NCBI GenBank assembly: GCA_002269645.1
Contig: NIVC01004348.1
Location: 1 to 49,267 of the forward strand
Length of the DNA: 49,267 nucleotides
Source of the DNA: Macrostomum lignano
Taxonomy: Eukaryota
Direction: 5' to 3'
The translations under genes and the position numbers were made by a program. The notes below the pieces were generated by a model, which saw nothing but the letters and a program-made list of their open reading frames with translations, was not told where the DNA came from and did no database searches. Positions 11,501 to 23,598 of the stretch are shown here, in pieces; position 1 is the first letter of the stretch; each line of letters starts with the position of its first letter.

Positions 11501-14500
11501 AGGCTTTGACCAACTTCCTGTTTGGGTTTCAAACCAGAGGGGTACGTCTCAGAAAACAGAGCAGCATGGCAAAATTCTATATTATAATGCGTAGTACCTC
11601 TAGACCGGGCAGAGCGGCTCTCTCGCCAGTTACCTGTAAGAAATATTGTACAAATCCGTACATTAATTTGGCCCGGAGGGGGCTTGTTGTGCAGTTGTCG
11701 CCTATCTGGGCCAACCCCGAGGTGTACAGAGTGTGTAAATGCCTGACGATGGAGTAATTGAAGGTCACTACATATGTCTCAAGGGAATGTGCAGTCCTGC
11801 CTTCCACCTCCTTGATTTGGGGCAGTCATCAAAACACAGCTGAGAGTAAACTATACTGAAGTAATATAATAATGCTTTTTCCTTATTGGATACATCCCAG
11901 CCGATTTAGAGCATTTTCATGCGTATTGTGAAATTCTAGCTCTTGGATCCAGCCAAGCTCAAAGTTAATTCTATTATTATTTGATTTCGTCATCATTGTA
12001 TTTGTTATAACGCTTCGCGCAATACTCGTGCCGCACGCGCGCGCAGATCAAGCGACGCGGCAGCGCCAACAGCCTCACCAGCGACAACGAAGACGAGGCG
12101 GAGTCCAGCGGCCCCGGTGAGGAGAATCTGAAGCGGCGGGGCCGACGGGCTGCGATCTACAACTCAAAGGTGAGATTTCGCAAAGACATGGTTTACTACG
12201 AGATCATGGCTTCAAAATCATGGCTTCACAATCCAAATTCTCAATGGAGACTGACAATTTCCTAGATTGTTTTCCTAGATTTAACAGTTAAAATCGCAAA
12301 AAACCTCGGTTGACTCTTTGCATTTACATTTCGAAAGTCAAGGCATCCAGTGAGATATCGTCAATTTTTTGCTAAAAAGTTTTGGGCGAATTCCTGCCTC
12401 TCTATAGTGCCTGTGGTGAAACAAGGACAGCTACCGCAGTGTAATTGTTCTGATCATTTAAAGTTTAGCTGCAGTGCAAACAAGCGGACCTTCAAATAAT
12501 TTTGCAGTATCTAAGCGTGCTGCGTCCGGATATAACGGTAACTTCTAGTGGTCCTTGCAGTGAAATCTAAACGATTTTTTCGAGTTGTAGCATCCGTTTA
12601 TTCTAGTTGTCCATGCATTACAAGATTCGGGGATAAAAACATGACAATGATATGGTTAACTCAGAGATTTACCTCTATGATATGGTGCATTATTATCCCA
12701 GTCAAAGGTATTATGTAGGGTCTGAAGTTAGTTTACACTAGCTAGATATACATCGGGAAATTCGAATTCGATCTGTTGCTCAGAGTCCAATAGGAATCAA
12801 TGGCATTTCAGGTGAGATGAATGCTGGAGTTTCAGCATAGAACTCAGCCCCAGAAATCACTGAACCACTTCAGCTCTAAGTTTCACATCGTCAAAATCGT
12901 GAATTGAGTAGACAAAACTGAAACACACTTTTGAGCGGCCATAATTTCACACTTGTAAATTTGATTTGATTGGACGAGAGATTAGATTAGGGTGGGTGAA
13001 CTGATTGGCCACGGTGGGTGAACTGTGGCGATGGACAGTTAAATTGACAATCAGATAAGATAATACGTTATAAATTTTAATTAGTGTAATAAAATCCTAG
13101 TATGCCTGCTCTTATCAATTGGAAAAATCTGCCTCTGGAGTTGCTGAATGGTGTAATAATGGCCGTTTTGACTTGTCATTTTGTCTGGGTAAAAGTTCTT
13201 TACAATGGTGTTGTGTGTTAGGCCTCTTGCCTCCCTTCTTTTCTCTCTTCTTTTTAACTTTCCCTTCTCTCGATCCACTATCCACTCTCCTCTAAAAGTT
13301 TCTTCTAAGATCACTCAGCCATTTAATCGAACTATGCCATGTGTCCTTTTCGACTTTCGTTCATTTTTAATGCAATAGAGAATGCGAGTTAAAAGTTTGT
13401 CACTCTGTCTGCCTCTGAATTTAAATTTCGTTGAGTGCCCACAATTTTCAATTTCAGGCTGTGCGAAGCATTGTCGCTCTTATCTATTTCAATCCTTATA
13501 ATTTTACATGAATTTTAAATGAATGCAATTTAGAACCTACGTAGGGACACCGTGCGCGCTTCAATTAAATTGACTTGCACTTGTCGATCGCACTGGTGCT
13601 AAAAGGTTTCCCAGTATATGGTACCAGCATATTGAATTACCACACCATAGCATATTAAACAACTGCAGAATTTCATTGGCGAGGCCAAGACTCCAGATCG
13701 AAGCCCGTGCGAATCGGGAAACGAAGATAATTGGTGAGTAATTGGTACAGCGTACAGAGTGCGTTGTCTAATGAATGTTGTTCCTGGAAGTTGTTGACCG
13801 CCTTCTCTTCCGTTTTCAGCAGCGAGGACGCTAAGCGAAGACGCAGCTCCCTTGAGCTGAAGGTGGAGGTCCTGCCTCGCGTTGACATACTGAAAGAGAC
13901 TAGTAAACGGATGCTCAAGAAACAGAATACAATTGGCGATCTGACACAGAAGACGCTGCAGACAATGCTAGTTGGAGACGGTTGGCCAACGCTGACTCTC
14001 ATGAACTTACAAATGACTTTATTTTCAAAATAACCCATATTGACGCTCTCAAAATTTCAGAGGCTAAAAAGAGAGGTGGAATGTCATTTTTTAAGATGGT
14101 CAGTTGTTTTGCACCATTTGTTGCTGATTGTACACCTGCTCTCATTAAAATACAAAAGCAAATATACTTCACCTTATGCATCTAGATTGACAAGCGGTTG
14201 AACAAAGGCAAAGACGGCGGTACGGACCTCCAAGAGGCGCTGGCGGCTCTACCAAAGTCTGAGTTTCGCGACACCTATCTAATGTCATTCAAGGTCATTA
14301 TCTTTATCTTTGCCGGTATTTTCTACACAGTAACGATTTTTAAGTAGCGTAAGATTAATTATTGATCACGAAGTTTACTTGGGGGTTTCATTGAATTGCC
14401 TCGCTTGAGTTACTCGTCCAGGTGATTTGTCTGGGTCACTCGTCCAGGTGGCTTGTCTAGGTCACTCGTCCAGGTGACTTGTCTGGGTCACACGCCCAGG

Positions 14501-17500
14501 TGACTTGTCTGGGTCACTCGCCCAGGTGACTTGTCTGGGTCACTCGTCCAGGTGACTTGTCTGGATCACTCGTCCAGGGGACTTGTCTGGGTCACTCGTC
14601 CAGGTGACTCGTCCGGGTAACTCGTCCAGGTGACTTGTCCAGGTCACTCATCCAGGTGACTTGTCCTGGACACTCGTCCAGGTGACTCATGCGGGTAACT
14701 CGTCCAGGTGACTTCTCTGGATCACTCGTCCAGGTGACTCATCTAACTCGTCCAGGTGACTTCTCTGGATCACTCGTTCAGGGGACTTGTCTGGGTCACT
14801 TGTCCAGGTGACTCGTTCGGATCACTCGTCCAGGTGACTTGTCTGGGTCGCTCGTCCAGGTGACTTGTCTGGGTCACAATTATCCTGGTGACTTGTCCAG
14901 GTCACTAATTCAGCTATCTTGTTTAGGTGCCCCGTTTAGGCATCTGCAAAGAACATTGTCTGCAGGTTCCTAGCCTGCATGAAAGCTCTACTCCTAACTT
15001 CTGAGACTGACTCCTGTCTGGCTTCGCTACGAAAAATTTACAAATTTAAAAGCAAAGTGTAAAAAGCAGCAACGAATCCTTGCAGAACAAGCACTGGACG
15101 GACCTTTTCACTGGCCAGACCACTCCAGCTCCCGGCCCGTCTAAGAAGTCGCCCAGCGTCAGCATCAGCAGCGGCAGCGAGGCCTGGGAGGATCTGCCAG
15201 ACAGCGAGCGGCTCAGACGAGAGGCCGTCTGGGAGCTGTTCAAGTCGGAGCTGGTGTACCTCATTGACTACCTTATGGTGCTGAAGCACGTAAGTTACCA
15301 ATCTAACCTTCACTTTTTTTCTTAGATTTAGAAACCACTGTACGAGTGCAGTCGCAACCATTATAAAATCTTATTCCAAATCACATCTAGTGCTTTCTGG
15401 AGCCGCTTAAAAAGCTTCAAGTCGACGGCCATCTAATGTTTGTCGAGCCGGAAGATCTGTTCGGAAATTTGGACGAGCTCTGCTATGTAAGAAAATGGCT
15501 TGGTTGACCCTTTCTATTGTGTGGTTGACTTACTAAAATGTCTTGTGTGTCCAAATAAAGTCATGGCTGTAAGTATTGCATTTGTAGGTTTCTTTAGGGT
15601 TTAAGCCCATGGCACAGACATTGCTTCATAAGTTCGACTGTTCGCAATGCAACTGTATATAGCTCGTATCAACAGGTTCATCTCGAGATAGCATTGCCGC
15701 AGTACCTGGAATAGGGAGTTCAGCCCTGAGTTTGGCCGGAAAATATAGCTTTTGCATGAAATCAGCTAGTGATTAAGGGTTATTTTATGAGGCATCTGTC
15801 CCCTGGGCAGCTGTTAGTCGTCGTAAATCGTAAAATCTAGAGAGGCACAGGTCAATATTCAGCTGTTTCTTTAACGCAGTATTGATATATTGAAGTATTG
15901 GTATATTGAAGTATTGATATATTGAAGTATTGATATCAAATAAGAATATCCCTCTGTTAGGTCTCTGAATATAAATAGCAAACTGTGTGCTCTACGCTCG
16001 TATATTACTGACAATTATTATTATTGTATGCAATTCACCATGAAAATGCTCAAGGACCAATAACACCAATGGTGCCCCATGGCTCAAAAGACGTAAAGGA
16101 GAAAGGTTGTGAAAGAAGACAAAGGGAGAAGTGGAAGGAGAACAAGACAAGGAAAAGAGAAGTCTAAAAACTGATCCAGGTGGTCGTTGAGACACCTGAC
16201 TCTAAAAATATATGGTTTGATGATGCCAGGATTAGCTAACGCTGCAGGCATTCCATAATTTACAGCTCTGTTTAGATTTACAGTAATTTACCTTACCTCA
16301 GGTGAGCTACACATTCTCTCGGGACATCATCTCGATCCTGTCCAAGGAGGTCACCAAGCTGCAGTTTGGCACCACCGGTGGCCTTCTAAAAGTTTTCAAG
16401 CGGGTAAGCGAAAAACTTTTAGGTATAATTTTTTAAAGTTGATGTAAGAGACTTAGTATTGAAATTTCACGCTAATTCATATCGTTCGATTTGCAGTGGA
16501 GCAGCTCGTCAAAAGATGGCGAAGTATATCACACCTACTGCCTCAACTATCATTGCGCTGTAACCTATCTGGAGATTCTAAGAAAAAATGACCAATTTAC
16601 CGAGTTTGAACGGGTAAGATTACTTGTAGATTTCAGGGTAATCTCTAATCAAAATAGATAATAAAGAGGATCATTTTTAAGGTCTCATAGGTTCAAAGGT
16701 TTCAGAATCGGGCAGTCTCTTAAGTTTCATAGCATTTTCACAAGGCACGTCTTTGAGATGAAGATTTTCTGTGCCGAATAAGCTATCACTCCCGCTCGTC
16801 CGAATTCTGTAGCGCTGCGAGCAGGACCCGCGCTGCCGGCGCCTGCAGATCACCGACCTGCTCGTGGCACCGATGCAGCACTGCACCAAGACTCCGCTGC
16901 TGCTGGCCGGGATCAGGAAGTACACAACGGACAATGTCAGCCGGCGCTTGCTCACCGAGAACCTGAAGCAGGTTGAGAGCTCGCTGAGTGAGTGTTTATT
17001 GAGCCGTTTTAGTGAGTCACCGAGCCTAAATCAATCAACGCTTTAGTCTAATTTATTCAATCAAAACACAGAAAGCCTGGAGGACAAGCTGAAGTGGCTG
17101 AGAAACTTTGAACGCTTGCAAAACATTCAGCAACAGCTGGTGTGGCCGCCCATCATGGAAATGGAGAACCGCGTCTTTATACCAGATTTCCTTAAGAGCA
17201 GTCTGTCTACTCAGCCATGCGAGAAGCTCATCGCCAACCCGAAGCGGCAGCTGGTACACGAGGGCTACCTCAACTTGGTTGGTGAGTGACAAGTTCGAGC
17301 GAGTATCCATGAGCCTTTAAATGCTCTAAAACGATTTTGCTATGGTCGTAGCATCGTTTAGCTGCCATCGGTTCTCGGGCTCATCCACAGAATACGAAAT
17401 AGTACGAAATATTTTCAATTCTATTCTATATTAGATGGACAGTCTGTCTCGACAATTAATGAAAAAATGGCTAAAACATTTTATGGAGCTCCTGTAGTCA

Positions 17501-20500
17501 ATGTAGCGGAAAGAGAGCAGGAGTGATGTGCTCTGCTAAAATGTCAATGGTACGAGAGTCGTAAGCACCACTGGAACGGACAAACCATGCATAAATAAAT
17601 GGCTGAGAATATGCAAAGTGCCATTCAACCTACTCAAATTCTCTTCACTAGTTAAGGTGAAATGTATTTCTTATGCAAGAAATTTTCTCAAAATTTGTGA
17701 TTGATTGATTGAATCAGTGTATATTCCGTGCAAATATCTGGCAAGTCTAAAAATGAAACCTTGCAAACTTCAGAAGCCAACAAGAATCTGGAGATGTACT
17801 GCTTCCTCTTCGACGATATACTTCTGCTTACGAAGGTCAAGAAGCCACCTAAAAAGGTTGGTCGGCAAGCACTCTAAAGTACACTACAAAGACTACTCAA
17901 GTAGGACGAGAAACAACAAAGAATGATAAAATTTATTCATAAAACCAATGAGTCGAGCTGAGCCATTTTTATGATCTTTAGACACAAGAAGACATAAACG
18001 TAGATATCAAAAGACGAACATTCGGTCTGCCTCCTAGCAAAAGCAATAACAATTTTTTGCTGAAAAAATGAAAACCTCCATTCTCCATAATGTATTTTTT
18101 CTACCAAGTAGTTCCCGTCCATCCTACTTGAGGTTGTCCTTGTACACTATTAGCTGTTAAAACTTCCCAACCGTCAAAACTATCTCTTGTTCTGCCATTT
18201 GCTCAGAGGTCAGTGTCGGATTCCTCCGTGTACTCCATGTCGCCGACTGAGGGCGCGGTATTCGTGGTCTACAGGCAGCCGATTGCCCTGGATCGGTTCA
18301 GCATTCACGACATCGGATTTGTTGAAGCTAGCGGTGAGCCTGCGCTTAGGGCTCTAAGGAAAAGATAGGGTTTAGAGAGTTCGATTCTAGCTGAGATCAA
18401 TAAAAACTATCCCTTGAATGTATGTGGCTTGCTATTTAAACAGCATGATTGCACGGTATCTGATTAGCAACTCCTGTACTGTTCAAATAATCAACTATTC
18501 ATTCAAGTATGAGGCCACAGACATTCTTAACCAGAAAGCATTGGTGCCGTTTGACTCGTTCCCTTCAGCGAGGCTGGCTCTGCACGAGTCCTCGTTCATA
18601 ACCGACTGCGTTATGGAGTGCACAGCGTTCAAGCCGATCCAAGGCTCAGGTCTGTCACTTTTCGAAACTGTCGGACGGCTCTAATGATGTGCAGCTTTTT
18701 TAGCACTTCGCCTAAATAGAACGCTACGTGTGCAGACTTTGTGTAGTCCGCTGTTGCAGATGATAAAATGACGCCATCGGAAAACTTTGCTTATTGTTTC
18801 AGTGTCCAGTGTCGATCAGTGTCACACGAAACTTCCAATTCTGCAATAGCGAAAAATATTTGAAGGGCTAGGAAAATCAGACCTAGGACGTCAACATTGA
18901 ATGCCACAATAAAACATACGAGCACTCACTGCTTCTTAGCACACTAAATGTGAATTGACCTGTTCTTTAGGTGTCAGGTACTCGTATTTACATGTCTCTT
19001 CAGATGCGTTCACTTTGCCAGCAAGCAAATTTGAATTTACCTTTAATTCTTTCATTTGTTGATCAAATGCCAACCTTTGATGGGAAAGCGACCGCAAAAT
19101 TTTGCGATTCGATGGCGTATTAAGAACGCTTAGAAATAAACTTTAATGTCATTCGCGAGTTTAAGTCCGTTCGTTGTCCATTGCTTGCAGTGATTGCAGT
19201 GACGCTTGGCCTAATGCTGTCACGTACACTTAGCGGCCCAGCAGGAGTCCGTGGCCTGAAGGTACCGACATTAGCAACCCCCGCTTCACCCATATGCCAT
19301 TTCAGCCAACGGGCTCAGGCACGCGTTCGTGTTGGTTCACATCAGCCGATTTCAACAGATCATCGGGGTGTACACTCTGCAGGCTAATACGGATCACCAG
19401 AAGGTAATGCCTGCAGGATGTTTCCCTCTTCATACTCGTAGACTTCTATTTCTTGCTAATGCCAAACATTACCCTGGCAATGAAAAAGGGATCCAGATTG
19501 GCAGTAGTCGGCATGACACGGACTCCTGATAAGGAGCCTAGGCCAAATTTGTTTAACTGGCAGTAGGTGGCTTCAACAGCGACCAGTGATTTTGTCTCAG
19601 CCTGAAAAATCCCAGTCCCCTAGTGTTCTGATTGGTCGGGAACGACTATTAGTGTGCTGACAAAAGTAATCGCATCCCATAAATACTGTTAGCTGCTTAG
19701 CTGGTCTCGTGGTCTACAAGCCATGGATGAAGGAATACACTGGATTGCTCATCTGAAATAGTCTATGGTCGAGTTCTTTCCTCCAAACTTGGACTTGAGA
19801 ACACTCAAAGTCAAACTCACACCCGATCTTCGAATTCCCCCTGACTGATTCAGCAGCCAATCAAGTCCTACGGGGGATTATTTTTAACTTTCATCGGCCA
19901 ATAGATTCCTAGGGGGGGGAGGGTAAATTTCAAGTTTGGAGGAAAGAACTCGACCATAGACTATTTCAGATGAGCAATCCAGTGTATTCCTTCATCGATG
20001 CTACAAGCTCTCAGACTAGTGACTTAGAATGTCTATGGCCAAAACGAGAGAAAGGCCGAGTTGTTTCGAGAATTTGGAGATTTGAACGTTCATCCGAGGT
20101 TTAAAAACTCTGGGTCGCCTTGCAATTGCGACGTTGTCAGCAGCGTCGATCGTCGCCCGAAGAGTCTGAATCAAAGAGTGCATTTTTCAAAATTCTATGA
20201 AGCGAAAATCGCTTTTTACTGCTCTCTTGTCACACTTTTAATCTTGACAAGTGCTGTATATGAAACACCCCTCCCCCTGGAGGCGCGCTTGTCTGGAAAT
20301 TCAAACATTTTCTAACTGACATCGCCCAGATGATTTGCATGCAGAGATACGTAGAAAGGTAGATGCGTTACGCAACTCTGCATTGATCAGCTTGGGCAGC
20401 AAATTTTCAAGCAGAGTGTGGCCTATACCTGCTTACCAGTCGCTTATGAAATCGGATTTTTAAGAACTAATAAAAACCAGTGGCAGCTGGTAACCAGTAC

Positions 20501-21594
20501 CTCTATCTCTCTGATGCATTTTCACTGTAGAAATTTGCATCTACAAGGTAAACTCTTCCCTCGGCATCCAGATCGTGTGGCTGGACCATCTGCGCCGTGC
20601 TCAGCAGCGTTTCCAAGAGAAGCTGAAGTGCAAGCTGGCTCAGGTGCGCCAGGGTGACAGCCCGGTAGCCACCGGAGACAACAGCCAGCTGCTCAGCAAA
20701 ATGCATCAGATGCGTCTGCGCAGAGAATTCGGCGAGGACCTGACCGACTCTCCGCGGGCGACGTCCTCTCAGCCGGCCACGCCGCGCCATCATCAGCAGA
20801 AGAGACATAAGCAGCTGCATCAGAGGGCGCAGCAGCAACTGCGGCAGCTGGAGAATGACGACGATCTAATTCAGCAGCGGCAGCAGCAGCGGCCCTGCCA
20901 TGCCTGCGGTCTCGTCCCACTGCTGGCGCAGCCAACCCCGCCAACGCCGCCGCCGCAGCTGCAGCCGCCTCCGTCAGAGAAGCGACGCGCCTTCGCTTTC
21001 TCTGGCGGCCGCCAGCCCGGCCTGGGGTCACTGGACAGCGCGAGGACATCGGCCGTGGAGGCTTCCGCTGTCAGCGGAGCCGCAGCGCTTGCGGCCGCGC
21101 GGAGCAGCTTGGAGACCATACAGGCTGTCGAAGACGAAGATATCTTGAGCGGGGCGGTAGGTCTGCCTTCGATAGCGCCGTTCTCTCCGCCTCTGTCGCC
21201 GCTAATCCACGTCATGACTACGTCGCAGCAGCGCCCGAACAAATTTTCCAAGCAGTTGCAGCAGCAGCAACAACAAGAAAAGCAGCAACAGCAACAGCAA
21301 GCTGGTACCACCAGCCAGAAGCCGCAGAACTGCTGCCTGAAACTGAACCCGGCTGAGGCCCGGCCCCGTTCGTCCAGCGACATCCGCGAGTTTGACCTCA
21401 GCCCAGACTCGGACGCCGCCGCAGGCGCACACCAGGAGCGGTCCGCCTCCGTCGGCGTCATTGGCGCAACTAACCTGAGCTCCGGCCGTCAGCTCGACAG
21501 CATCGACGAAAATCAAGGGAAGCTGGGTGCCGCGGTAGGCGGCGGCGGCAGCGGTGGCTCCGCGGTCAGGAGGCCACAGCAATCGCAGAAGTAA
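5514..21594 (+). CDS. PLEKHG7: PLEKHG7-like Rho guanine nucleotide exchange factor (DH-PH), multi-exon
   Basis: Phase-consistent GT-AG exons: 5514-5557, 5646-5947, 6525-6613 (or -6637), 12047-12169, 13669-13733, 13820-13970, 14186-14293, 15086-15289, 15391-15486, 16302-16403, 16497-16613, 16813-16987, 17072-17281, 17774-17856, 18207-18333, (optional 18569-18649), 19306-19403, 20572-21594. DH motifs RREAVWELFKSELVY, HTYCLNY, DLLVAPMQH; KLKWLRNF..VWPPIMEMENRVFIPDFL matches the PLEKHG7 subfamily; PH motifs HEGYL, MYCFLFDDILLLTK. N-terminal exons (before 14186) and the weak GTTGGA donor at 13971 are less certain than the DH-PH exons. Confidence 0.85.
6890..7180 (-). mobile_element. tRNA-derived MIR/CORE-like SINE, copy 2 (intronic, antisense to the RhoGEF)
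   Basis: B-box GGTTCGATTCC (plus 7117-7127), A-box-like TAGTCTAGTGG (plus 7161-7171), CORE-like CCCATTTTACAGCTGGGTGAACTGAGGCAACGCAGAGTTAAGTG; colinear with copy 1. Confidence 0.8.
7161..9345. repeat. ~2.2-kb minisatellite, ~20-bp unit CCACTAGGCTACAACCCCCT with CCATCAGGCTACAACCCC and 27-bp CCATCAGGCTAGCTCGTACAACCCCCT variants
   Basis: Direct reading: roughly 100 tandem units with blocks of variants repeated as higher-order units; contiguous with the head of SINE copy 2. Confidence 0.97.
9940..10095 (+). mobile_element. Degenerate fragment of second SINE family
   Basis: GTTCGACTC B-box-like, then CACAAATATTTG...GATTCAC...CCCCAAGGCACAGAGTCTATACAGACCTGATGACGAGAAGTCAGGGCTGCTGTACA aligning with 10240-10350. 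Confidence 0.55.
10150..10495 (+). mobile_element. tRNA-derived SINE, second family (most complete copy)
   Basis: A-box-like CAGCTCAGAGG (10156-10166), perfect B-box GGTTCGATTCC (10199-10209); body homologous to 9940-10095, 11655-11770 and 27263-27510. Confidence 0.7.
11260..11420. mobile_element. hAT/Charlie-like MITE, degenerate
   Basis: Ends CAGGGTTCCGCAAAA / GGGCCGGAGTTTGCCAACCCATG (imperfect TIRs); 8-bp TSD CCTTAAAC (11252-11259) / TCTTAAAC (11421-11428); GA-rich interior. Confidence 0.65.
11655..11770 (+). mobile_element. Degenerate fragment of second SINE family
   Basis: ...TTGTTGTGCAGTT...GGGCCAACCCCGAGGTGTACAGAGTGTGTAAATGCCTGACGA aligns by eye with 10260-10325 and 27290-27352. Confidence 0.45.
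14411..14905. repeat. 26-bp minisatellite CACTCGTCCAGGTGACTTGTCTGGGT (~19 units), intronic
   Basis: Direct tandem repetition with point variants between RhoGEF exons 14186-14293 and 15086-15289. Confidence 0.95.
15879..15937. repeat. Short 16-bp tandem repeat GTATTGATATATTGAA (~3.5 units)
   Basis: Direct reading. Confidence 0.8.
19722..20000. mobile_element. 279-bp MITE with 70-bp TIRs and 8-bp TSD, P-element-like termini
   Basis: 19726-19791 is the exact reverse complement of 19931-19996; termini CATGGATGAAGG / CCTTCATCGATG (1 mismatch); TSD CTACAAGC at 19714-19721 and 20001-20008. Confidence 0.9.
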
Positions 21595-23392
21595 AACTAT
21601 CAGCAATCCTTCGCTTTAGTTTGTTAAATCATATTGAATTTAAATTCGAACCAAAGAGGGACATTGCTAGTAGATCATCTAAAAACCTGAAAGCATTTTG
21701 AGAACACATTTGACTTCAAACTGAAATCCTACGCTTTAAATGTATTTTCATGGTGTTCAAAAGTTTCTAAGCAATGTCCCTATTTGCAACGGATTTAAAG
21801 TAGACGGGTTTTTTAAAATAAGACACGTGAGAAATTCTTTGTTCTACGAGAATGAGCTAACAGACAGGTAGGTCTAAATTAGATTATTGTTTTTAACTGT
21901 TGAACTTGATTATTAGGTTGAAATTTCATTGCCTAGCTCGTATTGCTGACATTCCATTCTATCAGATTAACTCTTTGATTTTCTACTCATTATTCAAGTG
22001 TTGATACGTGAAACATAGGTCATAGCTATCATATAATCTAGGTAAAACATTTTTGTATTCATGTTGTTGCTGACACAGAGTACTCAAAGTAGGATTCTGC
22101 TTCATTTAGTCGCTTTTTCAGCATTTGAGTTTTTAATTAAATTTTTAAAGAGCTGCATAGTGACCCGACAAAGGAATTATGGTTTGACTCCATTAACTGC
22201 AGCCAGATGTGGTAATAATCAAAATTCCATAAAAATTTGAGGCTTCAAAAATGCTTTACAAGAATGCTCTTGCGGTCATTGGTTCGAACGCGATTGTTGA
22301 AATCTTTTGCCCTGCATCGGATGAAAAAACCGGTGCGACTGATTCTGTTATTCTGATCTTGTTGCAGATAAACTTTGCATTGGGCATCCACGGATAAAGC
22401 ACTCTGCATTGCCACTTATCTAACTGCCGCATATTGCACGCCGTTGCATGGGTATTTATCGACTTTTCATCTGTCCTCAAATGAAATGGATGAAAAAATT
22501 TGAATCGATAATTTGCTTCGAATTGAATACCTTTAACTAACTAATGTTATTAAATGTTGTTTTTATACGATCTTGCTGTGAATATACATGGCAATCTTTG
22601 CATATTTCTAGGAATGCATAGCTAACAAAAAACGTGTTAAACATGTAGCTACTGAATATCTGATATTTATTTTAGTCACGCAACTTTACTCTCATAATAA
22701 ATTAATATTTTTTGTAATTTTTGGGAGATCACTTGTGTTGTTCTGCCTCGAATAAACTCACAGTTCCCCCTTTCCCCGCTCTCAGCGGTCACGGGGGAAA
22801 CTGGAGAAGTTTTCGTTGCTGATTTTTTTCATACTCGCAAAGCAATTCCGGAACGATTAAAACATATCAAAAAAAGAAGTAGCGGTTTTTTACATTCTTA
22901 AAGCCTAGAGAAATGAGGAAAGAGTGGGGAGTAAACTTCTTGGAATGCAGAATATGAAATTTCGATGATGTAAAGTTTCGGGAAGGAGTTTCGGGGAAAA
23001 CATCAGGAATGAAAAATGGAAACTTGCACTAAAATAATATTTATATATATATATATATATTGGTTCTGTTCTGTTAGAAGTTTGATAATCAAAATCGTCT
23101 AGATACGAGAGTACTTGTGTAAAGGCAAATGACAGTCGGGACATCTTGCAAACGAAATGTCAATGCAATACATAGTGACTGAGCGTCAAGAGCATTCTCA
23201 AATGCACACTGACTGGCTGTAGATAGAGAAGAGAGAAGGAAGGAATGAGAGGCCAGGCATGCTGCAACCGTACAGTGCAGAGCAAACAGGCCTGAGAGAT
23301 TCACGCCCTGCGAACAATTGAGCGTACACTCGGCCGTCACAGCGTACGCTTTACTGCTCTCTAAAGCCGTCCCTCTCTCCATACAGAGTGCA

Positions 23393-23406
23393 ATAACCAT
23401 GGCAAC
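23393..23406. promoter_or_regulatory. X-box-like (RFX) motif upstream of DRC3
   Basis: ATAACCATGGCAAC, i.e. GTTGCCATGGTTAT on the minus strand, close to the GTNRCC-N0-3-RGYAAC X-box consensus, ~190 bp upstream of a motile-cilium gene. Confidence 0.55.
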
Positions 23407-23598
23407 TTGGCGCGTATTCAACTGTGGCAACTGCTTCGTATTTTAAACTGCAAAACTGTATTTCTTTACCTGAAAACTACAACACTTATTAATCGACTGC
23501 TTACAAAAAACATTTGTTTGCGCCAAAAACGTTCGGAACGGAGAATTGTCTGGTTCACAGCAAAGGCAGTTTGCAATCTGAAAGTTTGCCACTGAAAG

